Assembly: GCA_900617105.1 (NCBI GenBank)
Contig: UYFQ01000001.1
Location: 62,001-126,000, forward strand
Direction of reading: 5' to 3'
Length of the DNA: 64,000 nucleotides
From: Hydrurus foetidus
Lineage: Eukaryota
Shown here: in pieces, positions 29,296 through 40,692 of the stretch
How positions within the stretch are numbered: the stretch's first letter is position 1
Layout of the letters: the number at the start of each line of letters is the position of its first letter
Position numbers and translations under genes: made by a program
The notes under the pieces: model-generated
What the model saw: the letters and a program-made list of their open reading frames with translations, nothing else
Told to the model about the DNA's origin: nothing
The model's database searches: none

Positions 29296-29838
29296 ATGAT
29301 TAATGCGTTGGAATCCTCTTCAACCCGCCCTTATTTGATTCGGGCTTTGTACGAGTGGTGTACCGATAACGGCTTCACGCCGTATGTTGCCGTGTCGGTT
29401 GACGAAACTGTGGTGGTGCCACGCGAGTTCGTTAAGAACGGTGAAATCGTCCTGAACATCAGTTTCGATGCCACCAGTGCTTTGCATTTAGGCAATGAGG
29501 CTATTGAGTTCAAAGCCCGGTTTTCTGGAACCGCTCGCGAGATCATGGTGCCCATTGACCGCGTGATGGCCGTGTATGCCCGTGAAAACGGACAAGGCAT
29601 GGCGTTCCCAATGGCTGGACCTGGTGCCAAAGCGGTTGGCACAGGTAAAGACGGGCCCAAAGAGGTGGGGAAATCTTCAAACTTAGCCAGCGTGCCGGTG
29701 TCCGTGCGGAGTGCTGAATCTGGTGGCAATATCGTGCCTTTGATTCAACCACATGCAAGCCATGAAGATGACAACGGTGACGATGTGCCGCCGCGTCCAT
29801 CAGGCGGCAGTCGCCCCGCGTTGACACGAATCAAATAA
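29296..29838 (+). CDS. sspB: ClpXP specificity-enhancing factor
   Basis: RPYLIRALYEWCTDNGFTPY, YARENGQGM, C-terminal RPALTRIK. Confidence 0.95.
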   Translation: MINALESSSTRPYLIRALYEWCTDNGFTPYVAVSVDETVVVPREFVKNGEIVLNISFDATSALHLGNEAIEFKARFSGTAREIMVPIDRVMAVYARENGQGMAFPMAGPGAKAVGTGKDGPKEVGKSSNLASVPVSVRSAESGGNIVPLIQPHASHEDDNGDDVPPRPSGGSRPALTRIK

Positions 29839-29915
29839 TCATATGGATTGTATTTTTGGCGATGTGGTTGGGTCTTGCTCAGAAAAGACTGTAAAACACG
29901 CTAAAATACAGGCTC

Positions 29916-29991
29916 GCCGATTTAGCTCAGTTGGTAGAGCACCCGCCTTGTAAGCGGAAGGTCGTCAGTTCGATTCCGACAATCGGCACCA
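29916..29991 (+). tRNA. tRNA-Thr (anticodon UGU)
   Basis: GCCGATT/AATCGGC acceptor stem, TAGCTCAGTTGGTAGAGC D arm, CTTGTAA anticodon loop, GTTCGATT T loop, CCA end. Confidence 0.95.
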
Positions 29992-30006
29992 TTTATGGTG
30001 AATTTA

Positions 30007-30041
30007 AAACCCGCAAAACTTATCAGTTCTGCGGGTTTTTT
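30007..30041 (+). terminator. Rho-independent terminator, possibly bidirectional
   Basis: AAACCCGCA...TGCGGGTTTTTTT hairpin plus T run between the tRNA and the convergent helicase gene. Confidence 0.75.
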
Positions 30042-30056
30042 CATGGGTGCTTCATT

Positions 30057-32048
30057 TCATGCGATCTTTGCCAGCAGGCTGCTAGGGTGGTCTTGATCGG
30101 CAAACACGGTTAAAAATCGCCGTGCGCGTGTCATCGCCACGTAAAGCAGGTTTTGCTCTTCTCCAGGCTCTGCATGGGCGGCGGGGAATTCGCCTTGGTT
30201 GAGGTACGGCAGCACCACATGGTCAAATTCCAGTCCTTTGACATCGGCGACATGGGCGATCAGCAGGTTGGCGGATTTTTTCTCTTTGGCTTGCTGCATT
30301 TCAATGTCGTTGAGGTGCTGAAAGTACGCGCCTGCGGTCTCAAATTTTTGAGCTGCCTGCGCCAAGCCTTTGAGGTTGCCTAAAGCGTCGGTGCGGCGTT
30401 GACGCGACACAAAAACCGCATTTACCATGCTGGGGATGCGCAGCGCTTCTAGCAGGCGTGCAAGCAAGTCTGTGCTGGGCGCACCTTGGGCAATGCGGAT
30501 GGCGGCTTCCAGGTTGTGTTTCATCCGGGGATCGACGTTTTTCAGCACTTGGTTTTCAAAAAAGTGGTGCAAAAACTCTGGGTTTGCGGTCACGCTGCGG
30601 ATGGCATCGTCCAGCAGGTCTTGTTGGCTTTCGTGCTCGCGGCCTGCCACTTTGATTTCAGATTGGCAAAAGAAAACCAGCGCTTGCATCACCTTGGCAC
30701 GTGTCAGGTCACTGGCCACGCTGCCCAGCTTGTCGGTCGCGACAGCGAGCAGTCCGCGTACCAGGAGCACTTCCGGGCGCATCAAATAACTGTCAAAACC
30801 TTGGGTGGTGTACGCGATGCCCGCGTCCAGCAAGCCGTTTTCAATGGCGACGGACTGGTACGGGTGGCGCAGCAGCACGGCCAACTCCGCTGTCTTGGGC
30901 TTGGCCAGTTTGTGCCACTGCTGCGCACAGCCCACCACCAGCGTGGCGCAGCTGTCTTCTGTGCCTTGAGGCTGTGCCTGACTGTAGCGCTGCACGACGA
31001 CTTTCGTCTCATGCGGACTTTTGGAACTGTAGGGTTTTGCGGCCAAGCGGCCCACTTTGCTGGCCAGCGCCTTGCTGAACCGAAAGCTGTCGGTCAACTG
31101 AAAGCGGGTGATTTGCCGCCGTGTTTGGCGCTCGATCTCATCCGCCATGAATTTCGCCTCAGCACCGTCAGCGTCGTAAATCACCTGATCAGGGTCGCCC
31201 ACACTGCAAAAGAAACAGGGTGTGGTGGTCAGCAGCGCTTGCAGCACCCGGAACATGGCGTGGTTAAGGTCGTGCATCTCATCGACCACCAGCACGCGGA
31301 TCTCCCACGGCCAGGAGGTCAAGCCTTGCAGCGGCTCGCCATCGTGTAACTTGCAGGCCAGATCGTAGGTGGCGTCTTGGTCGGCGCGGAACAAGGGTTT
31401 TTCAGCGTGAGCGTGCCGCCGCAGCCGCTCATACGCCAAAAAGAGTTTGAGCTGGGTGTAATCTACACCGAGGCTGGCTGCGTAATCGGGCGTGACGGGG
31501 CGTTCGCGCTCGGCCTCGTCTTTCATCGTGCCTTTGAGGCGTCGCCCCACGCGCAAGAATTCTTCCAGGCTACCGTGGTCGCCCAAACTGGGCATCAGCA
31601 AGTCGTCGCGGTAACGCTCACGGGTGTCGTTTTCAAGCTGTTCGATGGCTTCCCAGAAGGTGGGCTTCAGGGCTTCTGCTGTCGCCATCAGTGGGACGGA
31701 ACCCCCCACAAGTTCGTCCAACACGGTAATGCAAAACGACTCGAAGGTGGCAATCTTAAAGCGCTTGACCACCGGGCTGGGCACGCCTATTTTTTGCAGC
31801 GCGGCCTTCAGCGCCACACAGGCGGTGGGTGTGAAGGTCAGCGCCAGCATTTTCTCGGGCGCGCAGCCTTTGGCCCAAGACTCGGCCATGCGCAAGGCGA
31901 GGGTGGTGGTTTTGGCGGCTCCCGCGTTGGCTGTGACGATGATGGTGCGTGCCGTGGCGGTTTGAATCAAGCGTTGTTCGAACGTGGGTTCAATGCCCTT
32001 GGGCGTGAAGGACGCCGTCGCCAAGGGGTGGGGTGCCGCGTCACTCAT
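30057..32048 (-). CDS. UvrD/Rep-like SF1 helicase with variant motifs
   Basis: ANAGAAKTT, LTFT, VDEMHD, VGDPDQVIY, SFRF, KGLEFDHV, LYVAMTRAR. Confidence 0.85.
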   Translation of the reverse strand: MSDAAPHPLATASFTPKGIEPTFEQRLIQTATARTIIVTANAGAAKTTTLALRMAESWAKGCAPEKMLALTFTPTACVALKAALQKIGVPSPVVKRFKIATFESFCITVLDELVGGSVPLMATAEALKPTFWEAIEQLENDTRERYRDDLLMPSLGDHGSLEEFLRVGRRLKGTMKDEAERERPVTPDYAASLGVDYTQLKLFLAYERLRRHAHAEKPLFRADQDATYDLACKLHDGEPLQGLTSWPWEIRVLVVDEMHDLNHAMFRVLQALLTTTPCFFCSVGDPDQVIYDADGAEAKFMADEIERQTRRQITRFQLTDSFRFSKALASKVGRLAAKPYSSKSPHETKVVVQRYSQAQPQGTEDSCATLVVGCAQQWHKLAKPKTAELAVLLRHPYQSVAIENGLLDAGIAYTTQGFDSYLMRPEVLLVRGLLAVATDKLGSVASDLTRAKVMQALVFFCQSEIKVAGREHESQQDLLDDAIRSVTANPEFLHHFFENQVLKNVDPRMKHNLEAAIRIAQGAPSTDLLARLLEALRIPSMVNAVFVSRQRRTDALGNLKGLAQAAQKFETAGAYFQHLNDIEMQQAKEKKSANLLIAHVADVKGLEFDHVVLPYLNQGEFPAAHAEPGEEQNLLYVAMTRARRFLTVFADQDHPSSLLAKIA

Positions 32049-32350
32049 CGCGCAGAGGTTTGGATTTTCAACCGGATTGAGGTAATCTCGCACCCTTTTG
32101 AGCGCAGATGCGCCTCCAATGCGGGCAGCAATTGCCTGAGTTTGGCGGCTACCGCGTTGCCTCTGACCAGCAGGCACCAGACGGGGCCGTCGATGGGGCC
32201 AGCGGCAACGCTGGCCCGCAGTGGCCCTGGCAGCAGGCCTTCTATGGTTTTTAGCCGCTGTGAAGATTCCCGGCTCATGTCCACCAAGCGCGCCAATGTG
32301 GGTGCGCCCATGGCGGCTTGCTGTAAAGAAACGGGTTGGTGACGGCGCAT
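32045..32350 (-). CDS. DciA/DUF721-like protein
   Basis: WCLLVRGNAVAAKLRQLLP motif; divergent from M23-secA, as usual in Betaproteobacteria. Confidence 0.7.
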   Translation of the reverse strand: MRRHQPVSLQQAAMGAPTLARLVDMSRESSQRLKTIEGLLPGPLRASVAAGPIDGPVWCLLVRGNAVAAKLRQLLPALEAHLRSKGCEITSIRLKIQTSAR

Positions 32351-32395
32351 CGTGCAGTGAACCCGGTTTCCCCGGTACAACGAAAGAGTTAAAGA

Positions 32396-33340
32396 ATGCA
32401 ACTGATTATCACGGACGCCCACTTTGCCCGCAGCAAGGCGATTCACCTGAGCGGCATCCGGTTGCTGCTGTCGGCGCTGCTGGCCGCGCTCATTCTCATG
32501 CTGCTGTCGGCGGGCCTATACCACTGGGTGTTCTTGAAGGGCGCACGCGAAGGTTGGCCGGTGGTGGGAAGTTTGGTGCGGCTGGTCGTCAAGGACGAGT
32601 CTGAGCAGCGCGAGCGTTACTTGCGTGAAAACATCGACGCCATGGCCCGCAAACTCGGTGAAATGCAGGCCAAAGTGCTGCAACTGGAAACCCTGGGCGA
32701 GCGGGTTTCGGGTTTGGCCGGGCTGAACCCAAAAGATATCAAAGGCCCACCAGGGCGCGGCGGGGCGCTGATGGCCAGCCATGCGTTGAGCATGGAAGAG
32801 TTGCAGCATGCGCTGGACGACATTGAGCAGCAGACCGGCCAACGCGCTGAAGTAATGACGCTGATCGAATCACGCTTGTTTGCCCAAAAGCTGAAAAAAA
32901 TGATGGTGCCCACCCAGCACCCGGTGGCCAGCGGTAATTTGGGTTCGGCCTTTGGCTGGCGCATTGACCCGATCACCGGCGGGTCTGCGCTGCACACGGG
33001 TTTGGATTTTCAGGCGGATACCGGCACCACGATCTCAGCTGCTGCAGCGGGCGTAGTGGTCACGCAGGAATTCCACACCGCCTACGGTAATATGGTCGAA
33101 ATTGACCACGGCAATGATCTGATTTCGCGCTACGCCCACGCCTCCAAAGTGCTGGTCAAAAAAGGCGACATGATCCGGCGCGGTCAAAAAATTGCGGAAG
33201 TAGGCACCACCGGGCGCTCTACTGGGGCACATTTGCACTTTGAAGTGCTGGTGCAAGGTGTACCGCAAGACCCGCAAAAATTCCTCAATGCGGGTCTGAA
33301 TCCGGGCGCTGCCACCACGCTGGCACAGAGCCGCCGTTAG
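32396..33340 (+). CDS. M23-family metallopeptidase
   Basis: HTGLD, YGN, YAH, STGAHLHFEV; N-terminal TM plus coiled coil. Confidence 0.92.
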   Translation: MQLIITDAHFARSKAIHLSGIRLLLSALLAALILMLLSAGLYHWVFLKGAREGWPVVGSLVRLVVKDESEQRERYLRENIDAMARKLGEMQAKVLQLETLGERVSGLAGLNPKDIKGPPGRGGALMASHALSMEELQHALDDIEQQTGQRAEVMTLIESRLFAQKLKKMMVPTQHPVASGNLGSAFGWRIDPITGGSALHTGLDFQADTGTTISAAAAGVVVTQEFHTAYGNMVEIDHGNDLISRYAHASKVLVKKGDMIRRGQKIAEVGTTGRSTGAHLHFEVLVQGVPQDPQKFLNAGLNPGAATTLAQSRR

Positions 33341-33545
33341 TGGGGACGCAGCTTTCAGACGCCCAAGTCAACAAAGGTAAAATAGAAGGCTTTGCTTCAT
33401 GGGTGTGGCAGCGGCGTTGTTTTACAGCGCTTGCAATGCCCTGGGGCTGCCCCCAAGTCTTTCCTCACGTACTTTTTTAGGATTTGGGTCACTCAGTTCG
33501 GTCGCAGTGGTGAATTTTCTGCGCGGGTTGCGTGGCCTTGCATTC

Positions 33546-36317
33546 ATGGCCAACAATTTCCTCACCAAAATCTTCGGCAGTCGCAATGACCGCCTGCTCA
33601 AGCAATTTCGCCGCACCGTCGATCAAATCAACGCTGCTGAAACCAGCCTTGAATCGCTGACCGACGACGATTTGCGTGCCAAAACGCAGAGTTTCAAAGA
33701 CCGCGTGGCCGCAGGCGAGACGCTGGATGCGCTTCTGCCCGAGGCCTTCGCTGTCGTGCGCGAAGGCTCCAAGCGCGTCATGAAAATGCGCCACTTTGAT
33801 GTGCAGATGCTGGGTGGCATGGCGCTGCACAACGGCAAAATTTGCGAAATGCGTACCGGTGAAGGCAAAACCTTGACCGCCACGCTGCCGGTCTACCTGA
33901 ATGCACTGACCGGCAAAGGCGTTCACGTCGTCACCGTGAACGATTACCTAGCGAACCGCGACGCGCAGTGGATGGGCCAGTTGTACAACTTCCTGGGCCT
34001 CACGGTGGGCATCAACCTGCCCAACATGCCCCGCGAGCAAAAGCAAGCCGCCTACCGTGCCGACATCACCTACGGCACCAACAACGAATACGGCTTTGAC
34101 TACCTGCGCGACAACATGGTCTACGAGGTGGCTGATCGTGTGCAGCGCGGTCTGAACTTCGCCATCGTGGACGAGGTGGATTCGATTTTGATTGACGAGG
34201 CCCGCACCCCGCTCATCATCAGCGGCCAAGCCGAAGACCACACCGCCATGTACGTGGCGATGAACACCATCGTGCCCTCGCTGACCCGCCAAGAGGGTGA
34301 GGCTGACCCGCACACCGGCGAAGGCATCACCAAGCCCGGTGACTTCACCGTGGACGAAAAAACCCATCAGGTCTTTTTGACCGAATTGGGCCATGAACAC
34401 GCTGAGCAAATCTTGGTTGACCGGGGCTTAATCCCCGAAGGTGCAACGCTGTACGACCCGGCCAACATCAGCCTGATGCACCACCTGTACGCCGCGCTGC
34501 GCGCGACCAACCTGTACCACCGTGACCAGCATTACGTGGTGCAGCCCGGTGACAATGGTCTGGAAATCGTCATCGTGGACGAGTTCACGGGCCGCTTGAT
34601 GGCAGGTCGCCGCTGGAGCGAAGGCTTGCACCAAGCCGTGGAAGCCAAAGAAGGCGTGCAGATTCAGGCCGAAAACCAGACGCTGGCCTCCATCACCTTC
34701 CAAAACTACTTCCGCCTGTACAACCGCCTCTCTGGCATGACGGGAACGGCTGACACCGAGGCTTACGAATTCCAAGAAATTTACGGCTTAGAGACCGTGG
34801 TGATCCCCCCCAATCGCCCCAGCCGCCGTGATGACAAGCTGGATTTGGTCTACAAAACCACGCGCGAAAAATACGAAGCCGCCATTGCCGATATTCGTGA
34901 ATGCCACGAGCGCGGTCAGCCCGTATTGGTGGGCACCACGTCCATCGAAAACTCCGAAATCATCGCCAACCTGCTGGAAAAAGAAAAGCTGCCCCATCAG
35001 GTGCTGAACGCCAAGCAGCACGCCCGCGAGGCTGACATCGTGGCCCAGGCCGGTCGCCCCAACATGATTACCATTGCCACCAACATGGCGGGCCGAGGCA
35101 CCGACATTGTGCTGGGCGGCAACCTTGAGAAGCTCTTGGAGCCCGTTCATGCTGACGCGGCACTGGACGATGCGGGCAAAGCACAAAAAATCGAGCAAGT
35201 GCGTGCGGAGTGGAAACAACTGCACGAGCAAGTCACCGCCTTGGGTGGCCTGCGCATTATCGCCACCGAGCGCCATGAATCTCGCCGTATCGACAACCAG
35301 CTGCGTGGCCGCTCAGGCCGCCAGGGCGACCCCGGCTCATCGCGCTTCTATTTGAGTTTGGACGACACCCTGATGCGCATCTTCGCGGGCGACCGCGTGA
35401 AAGCCATCATGGACCGCCTGAAAATGCCCGATGGCGAAGCGATTGAGGCGGGCATTGTGTCGCGCAGCATCGAATCCGCCCAGCGCAAGGTGGAGGCCCG
35501 CAACTTCGATATCCGCAAGCAACTGCTGGAATACGACGATGTGTCCAACGACCAGCGCAAGGTGATTTACCAGCAGCGCAACGACATTCTTGACGCTCAA
35601 ACTCTGGCCGCCCAGATTGAATCCTTGCGCGAAGGCTGCATGACCGACTTGGTGCGCCAGTACGTGCCTGCCGAATCCGTCGAAGAACAATGGGATTTGC
35701 CCGGTTTGGAAAAAATCTTGCAAGACGAATGGCAAATCGCTATCGACTTGCAAGCCCAAGTCAAAGAAGCGTCCGCGATCACCGACGACGACATTCTGGA
35801 AAAAGTCTTGCACGCGGCCAATGCGTCGTTCAACACCAAAGTCGAGCACATCGGCGCCGACAACTTCACCTCGTTCGAGCGAGTGGTGCTGCTGCAAAGC
35901 ATAGACACCCATTGGCGCGAGCACCTGAGCGCACTGGATTACCTGCGCCAGGGCATCCACCTGCGCGGCTACGCCCAAAAGCAGCCCAAGCAAGAGTACA
36001 AGCGCGAAGCTTTCGAACTGTTTGGCCAGTTGCTGGATTCGGTGAAAAACGAAGTTACCAAAGTACTGATGACCGTCAATGTGAACTCTGGTGAACAGCT
36101 GGAGCAAGCCGCTGAAGAGATCGAGCACCGTGCTGAGCACATCCAGAATGTGACCTACACCGCACCGACCGAAACCGGTGAAGTGCAAACCACGGTGGAC
36201 GAATCCACACTGTCAGCGAGTTCCAATAATTTTGCCGGGCAGCGCATTGGCCGCAATGACCCTTGCCCTTGCGGCAGCGGTAAGAAGTTCAAGCTGTGCC
36301 ACGGTAAGTTGGCTTAA
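33546..36317 (+). CDS. secA: Preprotein translocase subunit SecA
   Basis: [24 protein letters not shown]-terminal [13 protein letters not shown]. Confidence 0.98.
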   Translation: MANNFLTKIFGSRNDRLLKQFRRTVDQINAAETSLESLTDDDLRAKTQSFKDRVAAGETLDALLPEAFAVVREGSKRVMKMRHFDVQMLGGMALHNGKICEMRTGEGKTLTATLPVYLNALTGKGVHVVTVNDYLANRDAQWMGQLYNFLGLTVGINLPNMPREQKQAAYRADITYGTNNEYGFDYLRDNMVYEVADRVQRGLNFAIVDEVDSILIDEARTPLIISGQAEDHTAMYVAMNTIVPSLTRQEGEADPHTGEGITKPGDFTVDEKTHQVFLTELGHEHAEQILVDRGLIPEGATLYDPANISLMHHLYAALRATNLYHRDQHYVVQPGDNGLEIVIVDEFTGRLMAGRRWSEGLHQAVEAKEGVQIQAENQTLASITFQNYFRLYNRLSGMTGTADTEAYEFQEIYGLETVVIPPNRPSRRDDKLDLVYKTTREKYEAAIADIRECHERGQPVLVGTTSIENSEIIANLLEKEKLPHQVLNAKQHAREADIVAQAGRPNMITIATNMAGRGTDIVLGGNLEKLLEPVHADAALDDAGKAQKIEQVRAEWKQLHEQVTALGGLRIIATERHESRRIDNQLRGRSGRQGDPGSSRFYLSLDDTLMRIFAGDRVKAIMDRLKMPDGEAIEAGIVSRSIESAQRKVEARNFDIRKQLLEYDDVSNDQRKVIYQQRNDILDAQTLAAQIESLREGCMTDLVRQYVPAESVEEQWDLPGLEKILQDEWQIAIDLQAQVKEASAITDDDILEKVLHAANASFNTKVEHIGADNFTSFERVVLLQSIDTHWREHLSALDYLRQGIHLRGYAQKQPKQEYKREAFELFGQLLDSVKNEVTKVLMTVNVNSGEQLEQAAEEIEHRAEHIQNVTYTAPTETGEVQTTVDESTLSASSNNFAGQRIGRNDPCPCGSGKKFKLCHGKLA

Positions 36318-36344
36318 ATTGGTCTTAAGTTTTAAGGAGTCGCC

Positions 36345-37586
36345 ATGCCCGTTAATTTGACAGCCCCCCAAGCGGCTGATTTGTTCGCTGTCCCTGGTGT
36401 TCGCATTGGCGTGACTGAAGCGGGCATCCGCAAAGCCCACCGCAAAGACTTGACGCTGGTGTTGATTGACGAGGGATCGTCCGTCTCAGGCGTGTTCACC
36501 CAGAACCGCTTTTGCGCCGCACCAGTGCAGGTGTGCCGTGAGCATTTGGCACTGAATACGGACATCCGTGCCATGCTGATCAACACGGGCAATGCGAATG
36601 CGGGCACTGGCGAAGATGGTTTGGCGCGGGCGCGGGCGACTTGCACGGCTTTGGCCGCACAGTTGTCGTTGTCACCGGCGCAAATTTTGCCGTTCTCTAC
36701 CGGCGTCATCATGGAAACCCTGCCGGTTGACCGCATCACCGCCGGTCTGCCCAGAGTGATTGCTTCGGCGCAGGCGGCTACCGGTGGCGAGCAGTGGCTG
36801 CAAGCGGCCCACGGCATCATGACCACGGATACCGTGGCCAAAGCGTTCAGCAAGCAGATCACGCTGGACGGCCAAACCATCAGCATCACCGGCATCAGCA
36901 AGGGCGCTGGCATGATCCGCCCCAACATGGCAACCATGCTGGGCTTTATCGCGACCGACGCGAACGTGGCGCAAGCGCTGATGCCTGCGCTGTCCCGTGC
37001 CTTGGCCGAGGCTTCGTTCAACCGCGTGACGGTGGACGGCGACACTTCCACCAACGATTCGCTGGTGGTCATTGCGACGAACAAAGCTGCCCACGCGCCC
37101 ATCACTTCGCTGGACAGTGCGGCGGGTGTGGTGCTGTTCGCTGCGATGCGTGACATCGCGCAAAAACTGGCGCAAGCGATCGTCCGTGATGGTGAGGGAG
37201 CTACAAAATTCATAGCAATCAAGGTTGAAGGCGGCAAGACGGGTGAAGAATGCCGTAAAGTCGCCTACGCCATCGCCCATTCGCCTTTGGTGAAAACCGC
37301 CTTCTTCGCCAGCGACCCCAATTTAGGCCGCATCTTGGCCGCTGTAGGCTATGCAGGCATTGACGATTTAGACCAAACCGGTATCGACCTCTACCTGGAT
37401 GACGTGCATGTGGCCGTGAAAGGCGGGCGCAATCCTGATTACCGCGAAGAGCAAGGCCAACGCGTGATGAAGCAAAGTGAAATCACCGTGCGTGTGCTGT
37501 TGGGCCGAGGCGATGCCAGCGACACCGTTTGGACGTGCGACTTCAGCCACGAGTACGTCACCATCAACGCCGATTACCGCTCTTGA
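36345..37586 (+). CDS. argJ: Bifunctional ornithine acetyltransferase/N-acetylglutamate synthase
   Basis: [37 protein letters not shown]. Confidence 0.96.
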   Translation: MPVNLTAPQAADLFAVPGVRIGVTEAGIRKAHRKDLTLVLIDEGSSVSGVFTQNRFCAAPVQVCREHLALNTDIRAMLINTGNANAGTGEDGLARARATCTALAAQLSLSPAQILPFSTGVIMETLPVDRITAGLPRVIASAQAATGGEQWLQAAHGIMTTDTVAKAFSKQITLDGQTISITGISKGAGMIRPNMATMLGFIATDANVAQALMPALSRALAEASFNRVTVDGDTSTNDSLVVIATNKAAHAPITSLDSAAGVVLFAAMRDIAQKLAQAIVRDGEGATKFIAIKVEGGKTGEECRKVAYAIAHSPLVKTAFFASDPNLGRILAAVGYAGIDDLDQTGIDLYLDDVHVAVKGGRNPDYREEQGQRVMKQSEITVRVLLGRGDASDTVWTCDFSHEYVTINADYRS

Positions 37587-37608
37587 TGCAGACCTTAAGA
37601 GCCGTCCT

Positions 37609-38505
37609 ATGAACGAAAATTTTGAACACCTGCTGCAAGGCTTAGAGCGCTTCACGGCCCGCGCTGAAGCTTTGATGCAGCGCGTCGAATCTGTCCTGCC
37701 TCAAGCGCTGACGGCCCCTGACTGGAGTGCTGCCATCGCTTACCGCTACCGCAAACGCAGCAGCGGCCACGGAAGTCTGGAACCGGTGCGCCATGTGGGG
37801 GCCATGGCCCTGGCGGACTTGAAAGAAATCGACGTTCAAAAAGACAAGATTCAGCGTAACACCCTGCAATTCGTTGAAGGTCGCCCGGCCAACAACGTGC
37901 TGCTGACCGGCGCACGCGGCACAGGCAAGTCCTCGTTGATTCGTGCCTGCCTGAACACCTATGCCGCCCAGGGGTTGCGTTTGATTGAGGTGGACAAGGC
38001 TGATTTGGTCGATTTGCCCGACATCATGGACGTGGTGACGGAGCGGCCTGAAAAATTCATCGTTTTCTGTGACGACCTGAGTTTTGACGATGGTGAACCT
38101 GGCTACAAGGCGCTGAAATCGGTGTTGGACGGCTCCGTGGCTGCAGCGTCGCCGAACGTGCTGATCTACGCCACCAGCAACCGCCGCCATTTGCTGCCAG
38201 AGTACATGAAGGAAAACCTCAGCTACACCCATACCGATGATGGCGAAGTGCATCCCGGTGAGGGTGTGGAAGAGAAAATTTCCCTCTCAGAGCGCTTCGG
38301 CCTGTGGGTCAGCTTTTACCCCTTCACCCAGGGCGAGTACCTGACCATTGTTGCCCAGTGGCTGGCCTCGTTTGGCGTGCCTGACGCTGTATGGGAAGCA
38401 GCTCGCCCGCAAGCCTTGGTGTGGGCTTTGGAGCGTGGCTCGCGCAATGGCCGCGTGGCCTACCAGTTCGCCCGTGATTATGCTGGGCGGCTTCAACAGG
38501 CATGA
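37609..38505 (+). CDS. AAA+ ATPase (DUF815-like)
   Basis: GARGTGKSS, FCDDLSF, YATSNRRHL, SLSERFG. Confidence 0.88.
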   Translation: MNENFEHLLQGLERFTARAEALMQRVESVLPQALTAPDWSAAIAYRYRKRSSGHGSLEPVRHVGAMALADLKEIDVQKDKIQRNTLQFVEGRPANNVLLTGARGTGKSSLIRACLNTYAAQGLRLIEVDKADLVDLPDIMDVVTERPEKFIVFCDDLSFDDGEPGYKALKSVLDGSVAAASPNVLIYATSNRRHLLPEYMKENLSYTHTDDGEVHPGEGVEEKISLSERFGLWVSFYPFTQGEYLTIVAQWLASFGVPDAVWEAARPQALVWALERGSRNGRVAYQFARDYAGRLQQA

Positions 38506-38975
38506 GCACCACACCCCTGGTGGCCGATGCGTCAGCGCCACGCAGCCTTGACCGCAAAGTCGTTGAAGTCGCCGTCGGCGTACTGATCGCGGCAGACGGC
38601 CAGTTTTTGATGACCTCACGCCCGCCGGGCAAAGTCTACGCCGGTTACTGGGAATTCCCAGGCGGCAAGCTGGAGACTGGCGAAACGGTGGCCCAAGCGC
38701 TGCGGCGTGAGCTGTTTGAGGAGCTGGGCATCACCATCGCTGAGCCAGAGCCTTGGAAAATCGAACTGGTGGACTACCCCCACGCGCTGGTGCGCCTGCA
38801 TTTTTGCAAAGTGTTCCACTGGGAAGGCGCTTTGCAAATGCGTGAAGGTCAGCAGTTTGCGTGGCAGCAATTGCCTGTGAGCGTGACACCGGTGCTGGCG
38901 GGAACCTTGCCCGTGCTGGACTGGTTTGCCCAAGCGCAAGGTTTTGTAGGCGCTACAGTTTCAGTAGCTGCATAA
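38502..38975 (+). CDS. mutT: NUDIX hydrolase (MutT-like)
   Basis: WEFPGGKLETGETVAQALRRELFEELG Nudix box. Confidence 0.85.
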   Translation: MSTTPLVADASAPRSLDRKVVEVAVGVLIAADGQFLMTSRPPGKVYAGYWEFPGGKLETGETVAQALRRELFEELGITIAEPEPWKIELVDYPHALVRLHFCKVFHWEGALQMREGQQFAWQQLPVSVTPVLAGTLPVLDWFAQAQGFVGATVSVAA

Positions 38976-39010
38976 GCATGTCTTAACTACTGTAACCTGT
39001 ATTTTGATGC

Positions 39011-39235
39011 TTATTGCAGGCGCTGTGGCGCTTGCAGTACCTCATCCGCATCATCATTTTCACGCGCTGTGGTGGGCAGGCGGAAATCTTCGTTCGCCCA
39101 AGCGCCCAGGTCGTGGTTTTTGCAGCGTTCGCCACAAAACGGGCGGTACGCATTGGCTGGGCTGTACAAGCTGGGGCCATTGCATGCGGGGCAGGTGACG
39201 GTGCGGGCAGCAAAGGTGGCGGTGTTCTCAGGCAT
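39011..39235 (-). CDS. yacG: DNA gyrase inhibitor
   Basis: CPAC...RPFCGERCKNHDLGAWANE; synteny with zapD-coaE. Confidence 0.9.
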   Translation of the reverse strand: MPENTATFAARTVTCPACNGPSLYSPANAYRPFCGERCKNHDLGAWANEDFRLPTTARENDDADEVLQAPQRLQ

Positions 39236-39285
39236 GGAGAAATCTCAAAGCAAGTGTTTCAAAGCAAGGCAGGGCACGACAGCCA

Positions 39286-40041
39286 TCAGCAGCACAGCGC
39301 CAAATCAAACGTCACATCATCGTTGCAGGTGTGAAGTCTGTCATCGGTGCCACCGCGCATCATGCGGACCGACACCATCAGCCGGTTGCCGCTGATTTCG
39401 GGGATCAACCCCCATGCGGGGTCTATGCGCAAGCGCAGCAACTGGAAAGTCTTGCCCTGGGGTAAGTTTTGCTGGAACTGCCCGCCAATAGCGATTACTT
39501 TTTGCGGAGAACCGGCATCGCGCAGCAGCTTGAGCAGCAATTGCAGCGACTGCGCGAGCGGTTTCAGCGTGGCTGACCAGCGTTCCAAATCCACCCGGCG
39601 GTTGTTGGCATCGCCCTGCTGCCAGGCGTAGTAGGCCGGCAGATCGAATTCGCAGGTGCCGCCGGGGATGCTGGCGCGGCTGCGAATGTTCATCAACCAG
39701 TCGTTTTCGGTCAAGGCTTGACCGGCTTTACCCGCTTGGGCATTCAGTTCGCTGAAACACTGGTCAAGCTGGGCAATGATCTGGTTTAAAGCGTGTTCTG
39801 AGATGGCAGGGTTGCCCCGGTAGCCGTTCAGGATCTGCTTTTGCTTTTCCAGGTCACGCAGGATGTCGGATTTCAAATCAGCACGCGCCGCAACCTCGAT
39901 CACTTCAAAAATGGTGGTCAGGGCAAAGTGGTGGTCGGTGGCGTGGTCGCGCGACACCAACAGCGTCAGGCGACGGAAAAGATGTTCCAGCCTGAGGTAG
40001 GTACGGATACGTTCGTTAAAGGGATATTCGTAAAGAATCAC
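39286..40041 (-). CDS. zapD: Cell division protein ZapD
   Basis: YEYPFNERIRTYLRLE, PGGTCEFDLP. Confidence 0.95.
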   Translation of the reverse strand: MILYEYPFNERIRTYLRLEHLFRRLTLLVSRDHATDHHFALTTIFEVIEVAARADLKSDILRDLEKQKQILNGYRGNPAISEHALNQIIAQLDQCFSELNAQAGKAGQALTENDWLMNIRSRASIPGGTCEFDLPAYYAWQQGDANNRRVDLERWSATLKPLAQSLQLLLKLLRDAGSPQKVIAIGGQFQQNLPQGKTFQLLRLRIDPAWGLIPEISGNRLMVSVRMMRGGTDDRLHTCNDDVTFDLALCC

Positions 40042-40068
40042 GCAGGGGTTCCTAAGCAGCGGCCCGAA

Positions 40069-40692
40069 TCATAGCCCGAAGCTTTTTGTTACTGCATCCA
40101 CTCGGTAGTGCAGGGTGTCAATAGAAATGCCATCGTTAAATATCACGGCATCTGCAGCGGCCCAACGCAGTTGGCGCGGGGCTTGGGCGGCGATGATAGC
40201 CAAAACTGTTTCTCGGGATAAGGCACTGCGGGCCATGACTCGCTGAATTTGCGTCTCGGTGGTGCAGTCAATCACCAACACGCGGTCAAGCTGAGGCCGC
40301 CAATGGGCAGATTCAACCAAGAGGGGAATGTCAAACACCAAACACCGGGGTGAGCGTGTCAGCGCCTCTTGGGCCAATCGCTCTGTTTCCCTGCCCACCA
40401 GAGGGTGGATGATGTGTTCTAGACGGCGTTTGGCTTGGGGGTCAGTGAACACCAACTGACGGATGACATCACGGTTCATCGCGCCATCCGAAGTGACGGC
40501 ATTCTCACCAAATTCACTTTGAATGGCCGGGATGGCGATCCCCCCTGCTGCGGTGACGCTGCGTGAAATGGCATCGGCATCCATCACTGCGGCACCCAGC
40601 TGGGCCAAAAAGGCCGCTACGGTGGATTTGCCACTGCCGATACCGCCCGTAAGGCCGATGCGCTGGCAGGTGCGTCCGTTTGTGTGGATCAC
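40069..40692 (-). CDS. coaE: Dephospho-CoA kinase
   Basis: IGLTGGIGSGKST, HPLV, DIPLLVE. Confidence 0.95.
   Translation of the reverse strand: MIHTNGRTCQRIGLTGGIGSGKSTVAAFLAQLGAAVMDADAISRSVTAAGGIAIPAIQSEFGENAVTSDGAMNRDVIRQLVFTDPQAKRRLEHIIHPLVGRETERLAQEALTRSPRCLVFDIPLLVESAHWRPQLDRVLVIDCTTETQIQRVMARSALSRETVLAIIAAQAPRQLRWAAADAVIFNDGISIDTLHYRVDAVTKSFGL

Noticed and set aside
29916..32048. Genomic island integrated at tRNA-Thr
   Set aside because: No adjacent integrase and no duplicated tRNA 3' end noticed by eye; core synteny resumes at once.
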